Below are positions 1 through 13,229 of a DNA stretch of 64,000 nt, in pieces. The number at the start of each line of letters is the position of its first letter. Within the stretch, counting starts at the first letter, position 1. This DNA comes from Octopus vulgaris (Eukaryota): contig OX597814.1 of the NCBI GenBank assembly GCA_951406725.2, forward strand, positions 171,802,001 to 171,866,000. Direction: 5' to 3'. A program made the position numbers and the translations under genes. The notes below the pieces were generated by a model. The model had not been told where the DNA came from. It was given only the letters and a program-made list of their open reading frames with translations, and did no database searches.

Positions 1-164
1 GGGTGATATAAACTGAATATGCTCGTTGTACCTGGAATAAAAGTGCAACTAGTGAAAAAGGCACTATTAAAAATTAACAGTTGAAAAAAAATTGTTATAA
101 GGAATAGAACTGAAATTTAAATTGGACATTAAGACAAGGATTTATGAATATGTACCAAAGAAAT

Positions 165-395
165 GGCACTTCGTCGGTTACGAAGGCAAGGGTATCAACT
201 GATTCGATCAGCATGATCGTAAAATTAATGTGCAAATGATTGAACACTCCACAGACACGCATACCCTTAATGCAGTTCTCAGGCCCTTTGAATTAGAGGT
301 ACTACTCATTTTTTTGCGCGCCGCCGGGAATTGAACTGACGACCTTAGGATTGTGAGCCAAAAATCCTAACCACTAAGCCATGCATCTTCACATG
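165..395 (-). mobile_element. Decayed tRNA-derived SINE whose tail is shared with the copies at 33715-34097 and 46160-46715
   Basis: Reverse complement begins GCATGGCTTAGTGGTTAGG...GTTCAATTCCCGG (A/B box-like). 165-280 matches the reverse complement of 33977-34090. Confidence 0.7.
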
Positions 396-460
396 TAGCA
401 AATAAATGCAAAAAATAAAAACATTTAAATGAGCTTATTCAAGGGAGTTGGAATTGCAAT

Positions 461-627
461 ATGTTTCCTTATTACCCACAAGGGGCTAAACATAGAGGGG
501 ACAAACAAAGACAGATAAACGGATTAAGTCGATTACATCGACCCCAGTGCGAAACTGGTGCTTAATTTATCGACTCCGAAAGGATGAAAGGCAAAGTCGA
601 CCTCGGCGGAATTTGAACTCAGAACGT
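461..627 (-). mobile_element. SINE family A, 5'-truncated copy with 15-bp TSD
   Basis: Matches the other family A copies. AGTTGGAATTGCAAT is repeated at 446-460 and 628-642. Confidence 0.9.
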
Positions 628-989
628 AGTTGGAATTGCAATCATTTATTAAATACCAGAGGGAAATATGCATGAAAGCTATAAAGAAAGTGATGGGGAA
701 GAAGACTAGAGAGTGTAGGGAGTGGAAGCAGGTGAAGAAGGGAAAAATTAAACAACAAAGAAGAAAATATGAGAGTTGAGTATGAGTTAAACTAAAAGAT
801 ACTAACTGAACAACATGTATCTAATACGGATTGCTATAAGCAGAGGGGAGTAAACGATTAGAAAGCGCACAACAGACTACCTAACACAATATACTTTTCA
901 TTCTGATACTTCCTTCATTTTTCGACAAACAAGAAAGCATTAATATTCTCCATTAGGAGTATTCTTCATTTTTATATTTTCTGACTCCT

Positions 990-1089
990 CTCTCGCCCCG
1001 ATGACGGCATACTTAGCTTATGGAATCCTTACTCAATGTAGTAATCCATGCATATATGCATAGCTATTTAAGAAACAGCTGTAAGAGAC
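990..1089 (+). ncRNA. Degenerate type-I hammerhead-like motif (GAAACAGCTGTA class)
   Basis: CCGATGA 998-1004, a long foldable stem II region, GAAA 1072-1075, palindromic CAGCTG, then TA and AGAGA. The core has U4->C and the stem I register is imperfect. Confidence 0.5.
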
Positions 1090-1403
1090 TCTATATTCTC
1101 TATTTAGATTAAATATTTTTTCGAGTGATGCCAAATGTTCTGCTTCTTTATTCTCAATTTTTATCTATATCCATCCGCTCAAGGCGAAACCACTTCTAGC
1201 CACCTTTGATAGACGTTCTCAGCATTAAGATGTTCAGTTGTAGTTCAAGCTTGAGTTTTAGAGGTATGCCAAACTAAGCAATTATAGTACATAACTATTA
1301 CATTACATCAATTGACGAAAACTCCTTGTATATTCTCTCTCTCCCACCTTTCTCTCTCCTCTCTTTCTCGCTCCCGCCCCCTCTCTTTCTTCGGCTTTAA
1401 AGT

Positions 1404-1456
1404 GTGATGAGTCATCCATGGGGGCCAAGCCATTTATAGATCCGAAACGACTGGTC
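1404..1456 (+). ncRNA. Degenerate hammerhead-like motif downstream of a CT-rich tract
   Basis: GTGATGA - imperfect stem II (ATCCATGGG-GGC-CAA-GCC-ATTTATAGAT) - GAAA-CGACTGG-TC. C3 and stem I have decayed. Confidence 0.35.
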
Positions 1457-1507
1457 TCTCTATGACCAGACATGCACTCAACTGCATATATATATATATA
1501 TATATAT

Positions 1508-1756
1508 ATATGAGATGACAAAGGATTGAACGATTTTCTTATGAACTTCATTAACTGACAGCTGTTTCTGCTCTATGATACAATAGAATGGTAGTGGAGA
1601 GCCTGAATTGCACTTCATATTCTAGGCTCTAATGAAGCTATAAGGTGTTACTCAGGCTCTCAACTATCATTCTACTACATCCGATGACAGAAACAGCTGT
1701 AAGCTAATGAAGACTATAAGATAATCATTCATTCCTTTCTTATTTCATTCTCATAT
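1508..1756. repeat. About 250-bp foldback (head-to-head inverted pair) carrying a hammerhead-like motif
   Basis: 1508-1615 is the diverged reverse complement of about 1640-1756. GAAACAGCTGTA is at 1690-1701 with its inverse near 1558-1569. GGCT-CTAATGA lies in the spacer at 1625-1635. Confidence 0.75.
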
Positions 1757-2050
1757 TCCCGCTTCGTTCTGAAGCTATATATATTGAGTTCTACACCAGG
1801 TTATTAGTCCTGCAATGCCTAAGCGATATATATATATATATACACAGACACACAGACACAGTCAAATAATATGGGCTGGGGCGATGGGGGTTATCATCAA
1901 GATTTCTTCGATGTCACTCGTTCATTTTTTTTTAATTGTTTGTATTTTGTATGTTCGTTGAACGTCATGTTTTGCATCTTTTGTTAGTTCATTATTCCTT
2001 CCTACCTTTCTGCCTTTCTTCTTCCTTGCTCCTTTCACTATCTCCGCCTT

Positions 2051-2087
<37 letters not shown>

Positions 2088-2717
2088 GTTAAATCCTAAT
2101 TCAGTTTTCTTCTCCACCAAATTTCCCACCAACGTCCACTCGGTGACACATTTAAACTTGCATTTCACCCCGTCCTCAACACACAGGCACACGCACACGT
2201 ATACACGCACACGTATACACGCACACGTATACACGCACACGTATACACGCACACACACACACACACAAACACACATGCACGCGCGTACACACACACACGA
2301 GAAACAGTCGCACACTTTCTTCTCACTTAGGTAACAGCAGCATTGTTAAAGCCATACACGTTCTATTTATTTATTTATTTGTTCTGTTCTTTAAACAATC
2401 ACAGAATTGGACACGAAGGTCTCTATTGAGATTTTCTCTCTCTATCTCTCTCTCCCTCTGTGTGTATTCACTTGTCCCAGTTTATCGGCTGCTATCTGCA
2501 CAAAACGGGCTTTTCCCCTTATTTGCCCCAGTTTTTCGAGTGCGTTCTGCAACAAAATAAATAAATAAGTGATCAAATAAATAAATAACGAAATAAAAGA
2601 CTGAAATATTCCTTGTTTTCCGCTCTACCAGTTTATCATTTGCACTACGCAAAACTGAGTTTTCCTCTTGCTATAATGCATCATATTCACACACACAGAG
2701 TCTCTCTATATGTATGT

Positions 2718-3390
<673 letters not shown>

Positions 3391-3582
3391 TATATATATT
3401 ATATATAGCAATAATAATTCTCTAAAAAAATATCTGGGATATATGAATCAGTGTGGAAGATTCTGATTTAATTTAATCAGGTTAGTTACCATTAATCAGC
3501 AGATGAAACGGTATATCTATAAGAAATTACAGGGTAAATGTTTTTAAATTTTCTCCTGGTTTACTGTAATCATTATGCTTGT

Positions 3583-3626
<44 letters not shown>

Positions 3627-3943
3627 TTATATTAATGTTTGTTTTCATATTACAATAAAAATTTTACATTAAACTGAAGGATTACTCAATACATATTGTA
3701 GAGTATATATTTATAATTCTATAACACGAATAGTATTGACAGTAACAGCGAAGTTTCAGTCAACTAGGCCATAATCAGACCGGGGTGAATTTCAGTTCTT
3801 CTTGACGTTTTACAGTCTCTGTTAAGTTAAAATCATCTAGGGTAAGCTGAATTGGACTGAATGATAGGTTAAATTTGTGATATGCTATTCTTTAGAATTT
3901 ATTCATGCATGTTGACATTTGTAATCAGGTGGATCAGCTTTTG

Positions 3944-4144
<201 letters not shown>

Positions 4145-4271
4145 CCAACCTACCTAGCTATCTATCTGCACATGTGTGTATGCATGCGTGCGCGCATGCT
4201 TATTTGGTCTATGTGAAACAGTTCTCTACAACATTCCATCATCACCTCTACGTTGTGGATATACATATTAC

Positions 4272-4321
<50 letters not shown>

Positions 4322-4326
<5 letters not shown>

Positions 4327-4633
4327 CGTGATCACCGTGACCGACCAGGCTATCAGATGTTGCTACACATCGCTGGTCACAATGCGCTTCGCATTGTTTT
4401 AGCTTTCAAATGACGCCACCCAACTGGCTAAGCGAGCAGGCCAACAGAAGAAAGAGTGAGAGGAAGTTGTGGCGAAAGAGTACAGCAGGGATCACCACCA
4501 CCCCCTGCCGGAGCCTCGTGGAGCTTTAGGTCTTTTCGCTCAATAAACACACACAAAGCCCGGACTGGGAATCGAAACCGCGATCCTACGACCGCGAGTC
4601 CGCTGCCCTAACAACTGGGCCATTGCGCCTCCA
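4322..4633 (-). mobile_element. SINE family C (tRNA-derived head), tail type 1
   Basis: Reverse complement starts GGAGGCGCAATGGCCCAGTTGTTAGGGCAGCGGACTCGCGGTCGTAGGATCGCGGTTTCGATTCCC, the same head as 33715. It ends in (CACGGTGAT)2 next to (TA)n. Confidence 0.85.
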
Positions 4634-4649
4634 CACATACATATATATA

Positions 4650-4810
4650 TGGGTGTGTGGTAAGAAGCTTGCTTCCTAACATGGTTCCGGGTTCAGTCCC
4701 CATTACGTGGCACTTTGGGCAAGTGTCTTCTACTTTACCTTCGGGCTGACCAAAGCCTTGTGAGTGGATTTGGTAGACGGAATCTGAAAGAATCCCGCCG
4801 TATATATATG

Positions 4811-4884
<74 letters not shown>

Positions 4885-5090
4885 ATTAGGTGTGTATGTG
4901 TGTGTCTGTGTTTATCTCCCTGCCATTGATTGACAACTGACACTGGTGTTTTTATACCTCTGTAACTTAGCAGTTCGGCAAAATAACCGAGAGAATAAGT
5001 ACTGGGGTCGATTTCTACGACTAAAACCCTTTAAGGCGGTGCTCCGTCATGGCCGCAGTCAGTTGACTGAAACAAGTAAATAAATAAAAG
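4650..5090 (+). mobile_element. SINE family B (tRNA-like head, CORE-like motif, internal microsatellite)
   Basis: GTGTGGTAAGAAGCTTGC...GGTTCAGTCCC...TTGGGCAAGTGTCTTC. Homologous to 41257-41682. Confidence 0.85.
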
Positions 5091-5234
5091 AATATGTAAG
5101 TAGATATAGACGCACGCATGCACACTCACATGTATATATGTATACATTTTCTTTATTCTCTTCTCCTGTATATTGCACATCTGTTCTTTCTTGAATCTGT
5201 ACTCTACCGTATCATCAGGTGTATCTTCAAAATA

Positions 5235-5732
5235 TTGGGTTGGCAATTAAGTTCCTGCTGTTTTTTTTCGAGAATTCCATTTTTGAATCATTTTGGAATC
5301 TATTTTTTTTACAAATTAGTTTTAGTTAATTTTTGTTTATTTTCAGATCATTAAAATGGAATGTCAAGTTAAGAAAAGCGAGCATTTTCGACACCTCCTT
5401 CTTTTTACTTTTAATCAAAGTTCTAAGGACGCAAAGCTGCTCGTGACATTTGTGCTGTGTATGGAGAGGGTGCCATAGCTGAAACAACCGCTTGTGCTTG
5501 GTATGCCAAGTTCAAAAATGGAAATTTTGACCTCAAAGACGCACCTCATTCTGGCCGTCCAGTTGAGTTCCATGAAGAGCAATTAAACCAACTTGAAAAT
5601 CTTGTTGAACGTTGGGAAGAAATTGCAAACAACATGGGTAAATACATTATTGATTAATTAGTTGTTATTTTTTAAAAAAAATCTATTATAAAATTTAAAA
5701 AAAAACCGGCGGGATCTTAGTTGCCAACCTAA
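5235..5732 (+). mobile_element. Internally deleted mariner transposon
   Basis: TA-flanked TIRs TTGGGTTGGCAATTAAGTTCC / GGGATCTTAGTTGCCAACCTAA. The N-terminal HTH (VYGEGAI..WYAKFKNGNFDLKDAPHSGRP) is fused directly to the C-terminus (LVERWEEIANNMGKYIID), so the catalytic domain is missing. Confidence 0.92.
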
Positions 5733-6568
5733 TAGAATTTCCTTAATTGTCTAAGGAGAAAATAGCACCTTTTTAGGAAAATGACTTTACCTCGTTCCTT
5801 GTTTTAATTTACCATTTGTTTCCTATGAAAGGAAAAAAAAATATCATGTACTTTACTTTATCGACCATTACCTGAATATAGAGAAGAAAAAACTTCTCTC
5901 TGGTCTTTCCTTGAATGTGTCGTCTGTTTCCTAGCAAATACTGACTTTTACTTCGTTCTTTGCTCTATTTTTTCACCTATTCTCTCTAAATAATATCTCG
6001 CCTCGTTTTGTACTCAACTTTATCGTCTGCTTTCTGCAAAACCAAAAAAAAAAAAAAAAAAAAGACATAAAGAGATTCAGCAAAGTAAAAAAAAAAAAAA
6101 ATAAAAACCAACAGTGATGTGTCAATACATGGTGACACAGAGTGTAAGCCGATATCACAAATCCCCGGAAAAAAAAATCACCCCTGTACCGTTCCTTCTT
6201 CCTCCCTCATCTGTTGGCAGAACACGTTGCCTTGGTGACTGCACTGAGGACATAACATATATTACGAACAACCATCAACGACATTCTCACCTTCTCTCTC
6301 TTCCGTTTTAATGTTCCTGCAACTTTTTACTCTTTACCTTCTTTGTCTTCACTTCAATATTTTCTCCATTTTTATGACTGCATTTTTCTTTTATAATTTC
6401 TTCTTTGTCTTTTGTTCTTTTCTTTTCCTTCATTTCTCCCTCTTCTCGTTCTCCTCTGAATCTCCCCTCTTCTTCTCCACACTTTTCCCTTCTCTTTATC
6501 TTTCTCCTTCCTACCTCCTGTTTCTCTTTCTTACTGGCACCATCATCGTCTTCTCCACCTCCTGCTCT

Positions 6569-6665
<97 letters not shown>

Positions 6666-6669
6666 GGAT

Positions 6670-7306
6670 AATCCTTTCTACTATAGGCACAAGGCTCGAA
6701 ATTTTGTGTAAGAGGACTAGTCGATTACATCGACCCCAGCACGTAAATGGTACTTAATTTATCGACCCTGAAAGGATGAAAGGCAAACTCGACCTCGGCG
6801 GAATTTAAACTCAGAACGTAAAGACGGGCGAAATACCTATTTCCTTACTACCCACAAGGGGCTAAACACATAAGGAACAAACAAGGACAGACAAACGGAT
6901 TAAGTCGATTATATCGACCCCAGTGCGTAACTGGTACTTATTTAATCGGCCCCGAAAGGATGAAAGGCAAAGTCGAGTTCGGCGGAATTTGAACTCAGAA
7001 CGTAGCGGCAGACGAAATACTGCTAAGCATTTCGCCCGGCGTGCTAAAGTTTCTGCCAGCACGCCGCCTTAAATAATAATAATTATTGTTATTTCTACTG
7101 TAAGTACAAGCCCTTGAAAATATTTTAGGAAAGGGGCTAGTTGATTACATCAACCCCAGTGCGTAACTGGTACTTATTTCATCGACCTCGAAAGGATGAA
7201 AGGCAAAGTCGATCTCGGTGGAATTTGCACGCAGAACGTAGCGTCAGACGAAATATCGATAAGCATTTCGCTCGGCGTGCCTGCGATTCTACCAGCTCGC
7301 CACCTT
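6670..7306 (-). mobile_element. Cluster of three SINE family A copies (6670-6840, 6841-7070, 7090-7306) within (AAC)/(AAT)n tracts
   Basis: Each carries the inverse of GCCTTTCATCCTTTCGGGGTCGATAAATTAAGTACCAG (Meta-domain-like, from memory). Two tail types are present. Confidence 0.9.
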
Positions 7307-7307
7307 A

Positions 7308-7397
<90 letters not shown>

Positions 7398-7528
7398 AAG
7401 AAGAAGAAGGGGGGAGGAGAAAAAGAAGGAGAAGAAAAAGAAGTAGAAGAAGGAGAAGAAGAAGAAGAAGAAGAAGAAGAAGAAGAAGAAGAAGAAGGAG
7501 AAGAAGAAGAAGAATGCTGATGATGATG

Positions 7529-7590
<62 letters not shown>

Positions 7591-7611
7591 CATAATAATA
7601 ATAATAATATA

Positions 7612-8103
7612 TGCCATGATGCAGTACCAGACGGTGGCTCTTATGGCTTCTCATCTTAACTGATTGCAAGTGTTATCATGTACATTGTTTTGTCTTGGTA
7701 TAAAAGATGGGCTACGGCAAATATTCTGCTCAATACCATAAGGTTTGCTTGTCAGTTGAGCACATAACCAGTTGAGCACCTCCCTTAGTGGCTGACGATA
7801 TGTGCATCTCTGACGACGAGCAGAAGTAGTGGGTGAGTATCATAGCCGTGTGTTGAAAGGAATTTTTGAAGGTTTGGATAATTCACCTTTGGAAACACGG
7901 GTGGTTCGTTCAACATCCTTAAACAACCCTTATTCAGAGCCCTTTTGAGTGGGATGGGCTACTCGACCAGAAGAAAATTCTAACTGGGCCCCACCTGCAA
8001 GGTCATGCGTTGTTTATCTTGATATGAGATCACCATGTCGTACACACATGGTTGTGATGCATGTACCTGGTGTACCCTTATCAGACGGTAGTCATGATGG
8101 GTA

Positions 8104-8105
<2 letters not shown>
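7612..8105. repeat. Unclassified higher-complexity interspersed repeat embedded between (TAA)n and (TAC)n/(TAA)n
   Basis: A roughly 490-bp block richer in GC than its flanks and sharply bounded by trinucleotide tracts, with no credible ORF. Single copy in this window. Confidence 0.4.
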
Positions 8106-8174
<69 letters not shown>

Positions 8175-9530
8175 ATAATAATAATAATAATAATAATAAA
8201 GACACTCGGCAAGAAATGGAAGCAAATTTGAAAGAAGAAAAAAAATAATAATAATAAAAATGATAATAATAATAGCAACAATAACAACAACAATAACAAT
8301 GATAATCGATATAAATAAATGAATAAATAATGGTTTGGAAATTTTTTTCTGTGGTTCGGTTTGGGTGGACGTCTATTGTTCAAGGAGGTACAAAGTTCCA
8401 TCTAGCCTGATTCCCTTTTTTTGTTTTCGTAAGCACCTAGGCTGTTGCTCCATATACAAGGATTGAATCTACCATTGAATCAAAAATATTCTTCTTAAGG
8501 TTGTCTTTCAGGGTCGATTTCCAGACAACGCCCAATTTGTTTTAGGGTCAACCATACTTTGACTGTCCGAGCTATTAAATCCTATACAATTGAAGCTATC
8601 TGAGAACCGACGTACGTGAAATTATCAAATTTATTAACAGGAGTTTCAACTGATGCTGGTATTGGATTTTGTGATTTGATCCATCACCAAATAGAACGGA
8701 AAGATCTAAAAAATATGAAAAGCTAATGAAGAACTACACGTAACAGTAAAAATATTATATATGATAGAAAATAATAAGAGAAATATACGTAAAGTATAAT
8801 GAAACACACTTATGTCTTTTTAAATATACCTAAATATATATTTTATCTTCTATCTTTTACTTGTTTCAGTCATTAGATTGCAGCCAAGTTGGAGCACTCT
8901 TGAAATGAAAGTAAGGAAAAAATAATTTTGGTGAATTTAAAGGTTTTTACGATGGCATTGGATGAGTTCTATGAGAGATCTGAAATCTTGAAGACAAACA
9001 GAAACTGGTCTGCAACCCTGTCCATCGACAGGATTGCAACTGTCAAACAACGTGAAAAGATATCGGAAGTTAATCTATTCGTCTGACACTGAAAACTTCG
9101 CAAATCCCTCGTTTTGGAGCTTTCCTACCAGAAAAGTCTGTATGAACTTAACTAGTGTATAAGAAACAACGCAGATACCAATTCTATTCAGTTGTTTGGA
9201 AACGAAGTCTGTGAAGTTCTGCAAACATAGAATATGAATTTAGGAACTTTATTGTTCTAAACGAGGCGTAAACATCTTACAAGAAGATAGAAGCATCTGA
9301 AACGTAAAAAATAAAACTTGAACTCAGTCGTATATTTAATGAAACACTTAAAAGAGAAAAGCTACTCTCCGCGCGCGCACACACACACATCTCTATATAT
9401 ATAACATAAGTTATGATTTTACTTTTCGTTAATATTGTTAAAATTTATTGGATTATTTATTTGTTAAGATACGTATATTTCTATATTTATTGTTTAATTA
9501 TTATATCTTAATTTATTTTATAGTCTCTTT

Positions 9531-9617
9531 GACCTGACGAGTGACTACATATTTTAAAATAGAATTAAGATTTTAATATTATCGATTTAAATATATAGTC
9601 ACGAAACGCGCGTAGTC
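9531..9617 (+). ncRNA. Type-I hammerhead ribozyme with canonical core and long stem II
   Basis: GAC | CTGACGA | GTGACTA...TAGTCAC (stem II extendable to about 14-17 bp) | GAAA | CGCGCG | TA | GTC. All core nucleotides are canonical, the cleavage triplet is GUA, and stem-loop III is palindromic. Confidence 0.85.
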
Positions 9618-9750
9618 CGTTTTAAATTTATTTAATTTAGTGATTTTTTAGAATAATATTTATTATAATAAATATAAATTCTTTCTATACGATTTACTAT
9701 AGATAATATCTTTCACGATTAATTGAATTACTTAATAGAGGTTTTGTCAC

Positions 9751-9798
<48 letters not shown>

Positions 9799-10179
9799 TT
9801 TGTGTGTGTGCATTCCAAAACCGAGTTGCTGATTTTGACGTATGGGGTATGAACAAATTCAGTAAGCTTTTGCCTACCAGCTAAACTATATTTTCATTCA
9901 CATACTTGCATTACAAAAATTAAACATTATCATTTTTACTTTAATCACCTATCGTAAACGACATCTTGTGCCATCACCACCACCACGATGATGTCACATT
10001 TTCTATATGGTGTGTTCGCGCGTACTTTACTGACAAGTACATGTGTATGACGGTGTTTGTGCGTGTCAGTATACTTACATTTTTGCGACGAGTACCACAC
10101 AGACACACACATGCACACACACACACACACATCTAAAGACACAGACACACAGGGGGACAAAGATAGGTTTGAGGTGTGC

Positions 10180-11366
10180 GTTAATGTATATCTGTGTGTG
10201 TATATGTCTTAGCATGTGCATGTGACTTTACGCCTCATCCCGCAGTGAAATGCGCTGATATTGAAAGTTACAACGACCAGGTTTCATTAAAAAGTGAAAA
10301 TAGTCTCACACTTTCAAAATTACGAGACTGACACGCGCAAATTTAAAACTCAAATCCAGTTGAAATGATCTTTTTCTATTGTGTAATTTGTGTTTGTGAT
10401 GAGCATATTTAAAAACCTGATCTTCGATATAAACTTTTAAAAATGTTTTCCCAGAAATCCTGTCCTTTACATCTTCTTTCTAGCATGTCCGAGGTGACAT
10501 TTTCGCTCCGTCGCCTTATTTTTGTCCTAAAGTTTTTCCGATTCCTATGTTTGCGATACAGGGCATTAGGATTTCACCCACAAAACACATTCTCTATATT
10601 TTAATTTTCTCCCTCTCCATTCCAAATTCATGTTTTACGTTTTTCAAATACTTTTTCTTGATAATCCATGGAGAATAAACAGAGAGTATGAATCTTTAAG
10701 AATTTTACCCATCACCTCACCACGTTCAAAAAGCTGCACACTCCCAATATTTAACTTTTAGCTTTTTGGAAAGTGGAGAAGTTTCTTCGGATATATTGTC
10801 GTTTACTTGTTGTTTCTGGCAAGTCGGGTTTTCTGGTATTTTTAAAGTTTGCTATTTCAGTAAAATTCTACGCATACGGGAAGCATCAGACAAAAGTGAA
10901 AGGGAGTAGGTGATGGGTGAGTGAGGTAGGGGAAGGGGAATTGAATGTTTCCTTAAGAAAAATTAAACTATAGAAAATATGTGTATTTCCCAGATTCGTA
11001 ATCCCTGTATTTTTCTACGTAGATAACAAAAAAAAAAAAAAAAAATCGAAAATTTTACGAATTAAGATATTGCGGTGAGGATGGTGGAAAATTAAACTTT
11101 TGAAAACGTGATTTCTGGACAAAATCGTATTAAATGCCTTTTATACAATGAAACAATAAATAGTTTGAGGTCATTCTTAAATACAGAAAACACTTTCATG
11201 CAAACCCATGTAAAGTGAACCCTCACCTTCACTTTTAAACAAACAATAACTTCCATTCTGTCATTAATTTTATATCAGCTGTGCCGATTCTGCCCATAAG
11301 AAAAGAGTAAATAATACAATGTGCCTGCAGGTTATAATACCCGGGTAACACCGTGATACATTGCTA

Positions 11367-11367
<1 letters not shown>
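10180..11367 (+). mobile_element. Probable decayed non-autonomous Helitron (3' end visible, 5' boundary uncertain)
   Basis: Ends CCCGGGTAACACCGTGATACATTGCTAG|T, resembling the Helitron end at 18462-18490. Confidence 0.4.
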
Positions 11368-11420
<53 letters not shown>

Positions 11421-11512
11421 CTCTATCTCTGTATTATATATATATATAACTCTATCTCTGTATTCGAGTACTATTTTTTCCACCTTGTTTCGCATTTATG
11501 TTCTTACTCTGG

Positions 11513-11570
<58 letters not shown>

Positions 11571-11571
11571 A

Positions 11572-11610
<39 letters not shown>

Positions 11611-12227
11611 CATACATATATACACACATCTATATATAGACACGCATACATTTTTATGTGTGTGTGTGTGAGAGTGTGGGTGCATGATCATATGCTTGCA
11701 CACGCACACACACACACACACATATGCACATATATGCAGACATATACACCGCAAAAACACGCATCTGTCACGCACTCGCCAACGCTGCTATCATAACTGA
11801 GTGTTAGTTTTCTGACAACCTACAGAGCCAACATTAGTCCAGTCTAATATTCACAAGGAGTCACTGCCCTCTCCCAGGCCCTCCAGGTCACATAGACTCA
11901 TACGTATACATGCACCCATGCACGCACACTCTCTCCATCATACACACGTGTGTATACATACACAAGCACATACACTCACACACTCGCACCTTTAAGCACC
12001 TACACCACACAGACATCTGTCACACGCCCTATCTTGCCCCCTATCAACACACAATGCTGACAGAGTTTCCTCTTCACATATTGTTCTAACAACCTGTGAA
12101 CCAAGATAAATATTGGTTTATCTATATATACTCTGTTCCTCGCTCATTTTATCCACTCTCACTCTTACACTTGAAATGTTAAGGTGCATTTATATTCATA
12201 TATATACATATATATATATATATACAT

Positions 12228-12321
<94 letters not shown>

Positions 12322-12340
12322 TTTGGACCAAAACTTCTAG

Positions 12341-12538
12341 GTTGTGCAGTTGCCAGCGAGGAGACTTTACAATATCTGGCCCAGTATATGGTCGCCGCGG
12401 CGAGCATGTGGGCGCGAACCCGGGCTGAAGTCAACGGCAGCTGCAATAGCTTCATGCACAAGCATTGTTGGCGTTTTGTATGGGAAATGGATAGTGATGG
12501 TTTCCCTCGGCAGCGAGTAGACAGCAATCATCGTCCGT
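12341..12538 (+). CDS. Candidate internal coding exon of an unidentified host gene (198 nt, phase 1-1)
   Basis: GC-rich non-repetitive island with acceptor CTTCTAG| at 12340 and donor |GTATGT at 12539. Open frame CAVASEETLQYLAQYMVAAASMWARTRAEVNGSCNSFMHKHCWRFVWEMDSDGFPRQRVDSNHRP; the other two + frames have stops. Confidence 0.45.
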
Positions 12539-12552
12539 GTATGTAAAGTTTG

Positions 12553-12829
12553 AAGGCACGTGGCCGAGTGGTTAGATCGTAGGTTCGATTTCCGGACAGG
12601 GCAGTGCATTATGTTCTTCAGCAAAAGACTTTATTTCACGTTGCTCCAGTCACTTGTAAATGGATAACTCTGCATCTGAATGGTCTTCTGGTGAGGTGGA
12701 ATGTCGGCCTCCTCGTCTAGCTAGAAGATGGAATCATTTGAAAGCTAAAACAACGCGAAGAGTAATATTACCAGATTTTATAACATCCAATAATCTGAAT
12801 CCATATCGTGATATATAAGGCCTACAATG

Positions 12830-12832
<3 letters not shown>
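12553..12832 (+). mobile_element. Decayed tRNA-derived SINE with the tail type of 4322-4633
   Basis: TGGCCGAGTGGTTAG...GGTTCGATTTCC boxes. CATTTGAAAGCTAAAACAA is shared with the inverse of 4395-4412. Confidence 0.6.
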
Positions 12833-12906
<74 letters not shown>

Positions 12907-13229
12907 TATATATACACACACATATATATATATATATACATATATATACATATACAAACATATATAAATATATATATTAAGACTCAGGTGAGTAAGGCAT
13001 TTAACTGGTAAGGCACCGGGTTGGGTCAGAATTAAAATGTATGCGCAGCAACTATAGGCAAATACAATCATTGGTGCCGAAGTACAGGCAGAAAGATATT
13101 CAGGGCATGTAACACTTTATTGAACCCAACTGAGATTATCATCAGCCCTTTGGCTAATTCAAAAACGCACATTATATTAAGTATATGGTTCATGAAATAC
13201 TTCGAGACCTGATGTCGTTAATATTCAGT

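Noticed and set aside
9948-10030. Minus-strand exon-like segment
   Set aside because: Weak donor and an uninformative peptide.
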